Position numbers and translations under genes: made by a program. From IMG/VR virus record IMGVR_UViG_3300014864_000003: DNA of 50,546 bases, one strand, 5' to 3'. The DNA is from a virus. The notes under the pieces are model-generated. The model did no database searches, was not told the origin of the DNA, and was given only the letters and a program-made list of their open reading frames with translations. Positions 50,424-50,546 of the stretch are shown piece by piece; within the stretch, counting starts at the first letter, position 1; the number at the start of each line of letters is the position of its first letter.

Positions 50424-50546
50424 ATCCGTCAGCCACACCGCGCAGCGCCCCGCCGGGGTGGCCACCTTGTTTTCCGCTGATGTCGGCGCCTTGGCGTGCA
50501 GCGCCGTAACGTGAGACGGGTATACGGCGACTTCGCCGCCATCCGC
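50424..50546. repeat. Direct terminal repeat copy 2 (exact copy of 1-123)
   Basis: 123/123 identity to the window start. Confidence 0.95.

Noticed and set aside
1-50546. tRNA/tmRNA genes, a diversity-generating retroelement (because of the multiple fibre genes), IS elements or transposases
   Set aside because: I found no cloverleaf-like T-arm/acceptor pattern in the non-coding gaps, no reverse-transcriptase-like ORF or template/variable repeat pair, and no transposase-like ORF. This is a visual scan only, so tRNAscan or Infernal should confirm it.

Overview
This 50,546-nt high-GC window looks like a complete temperate, podovirus-like phage genome. Bases 1-123 are repeated exactly at 50424-50546, which is either a direct terminal repeat or a circular-assembly overlap; the unique length is 50,423 nt. 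A minus-strand late block of about 31 kb carries, in order: a tail fibre/tailspike cluster (14353 down to 5254), large terminase, portal, scaffold-position gene, major capsid, tail-tube-position genes, Q/A-rich internal proteins, an M15 peptidase and a 2,278-aa ejection-type giant protein. This is a T7-like gene order, but I see no phage RNA polymerase. A lysogeny module sits at 21.5-24.3 kb: an XRE/CI-like repressor, an Xis-like HTH, a tyrosine integrase, a Cro-like gene and ACACA/TGTGT palindromic operators. It is flanked on one side by a minus-strand prim-pol plus D5/P4-type helicase pair. On the other side is a plus-strand replication/recombination operon (RuvC, SNF2 helicase, DUF2800-like PD-(D/E)XK nuclease, DUF2815-like SSB, family A DNA polymerase). 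The most unusual signal lies between the SSB-like gene and polA. The two intergenic gaps on either side of one 203-aa ORF are filled by strictly phased pentanucleotide arrays (GGYNN)n, with 13+39 units upstream and 65 uninterrupted units downstream. The arrays are G-rich on the sense strand, and a 5-nt register cannot be a codon effect. The enclosed ORF shows RAMP/Cas7-like sequence motifs, at motif level only. Other notable items are: an iteron-like inverted repeat enclosing a 39-nt perfect pyrimidine-purine alternating tract just downstream of the helicase gene; signal-peptide-like N-termini on five tail-module proteins; a hairpin-flanked 26-codon Arg-rich ORF; and an AT-rich island at 32.4-32.8 kb. 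All functional calls rest on motifs read by eye, gene order and start/stop context. No database search was run.
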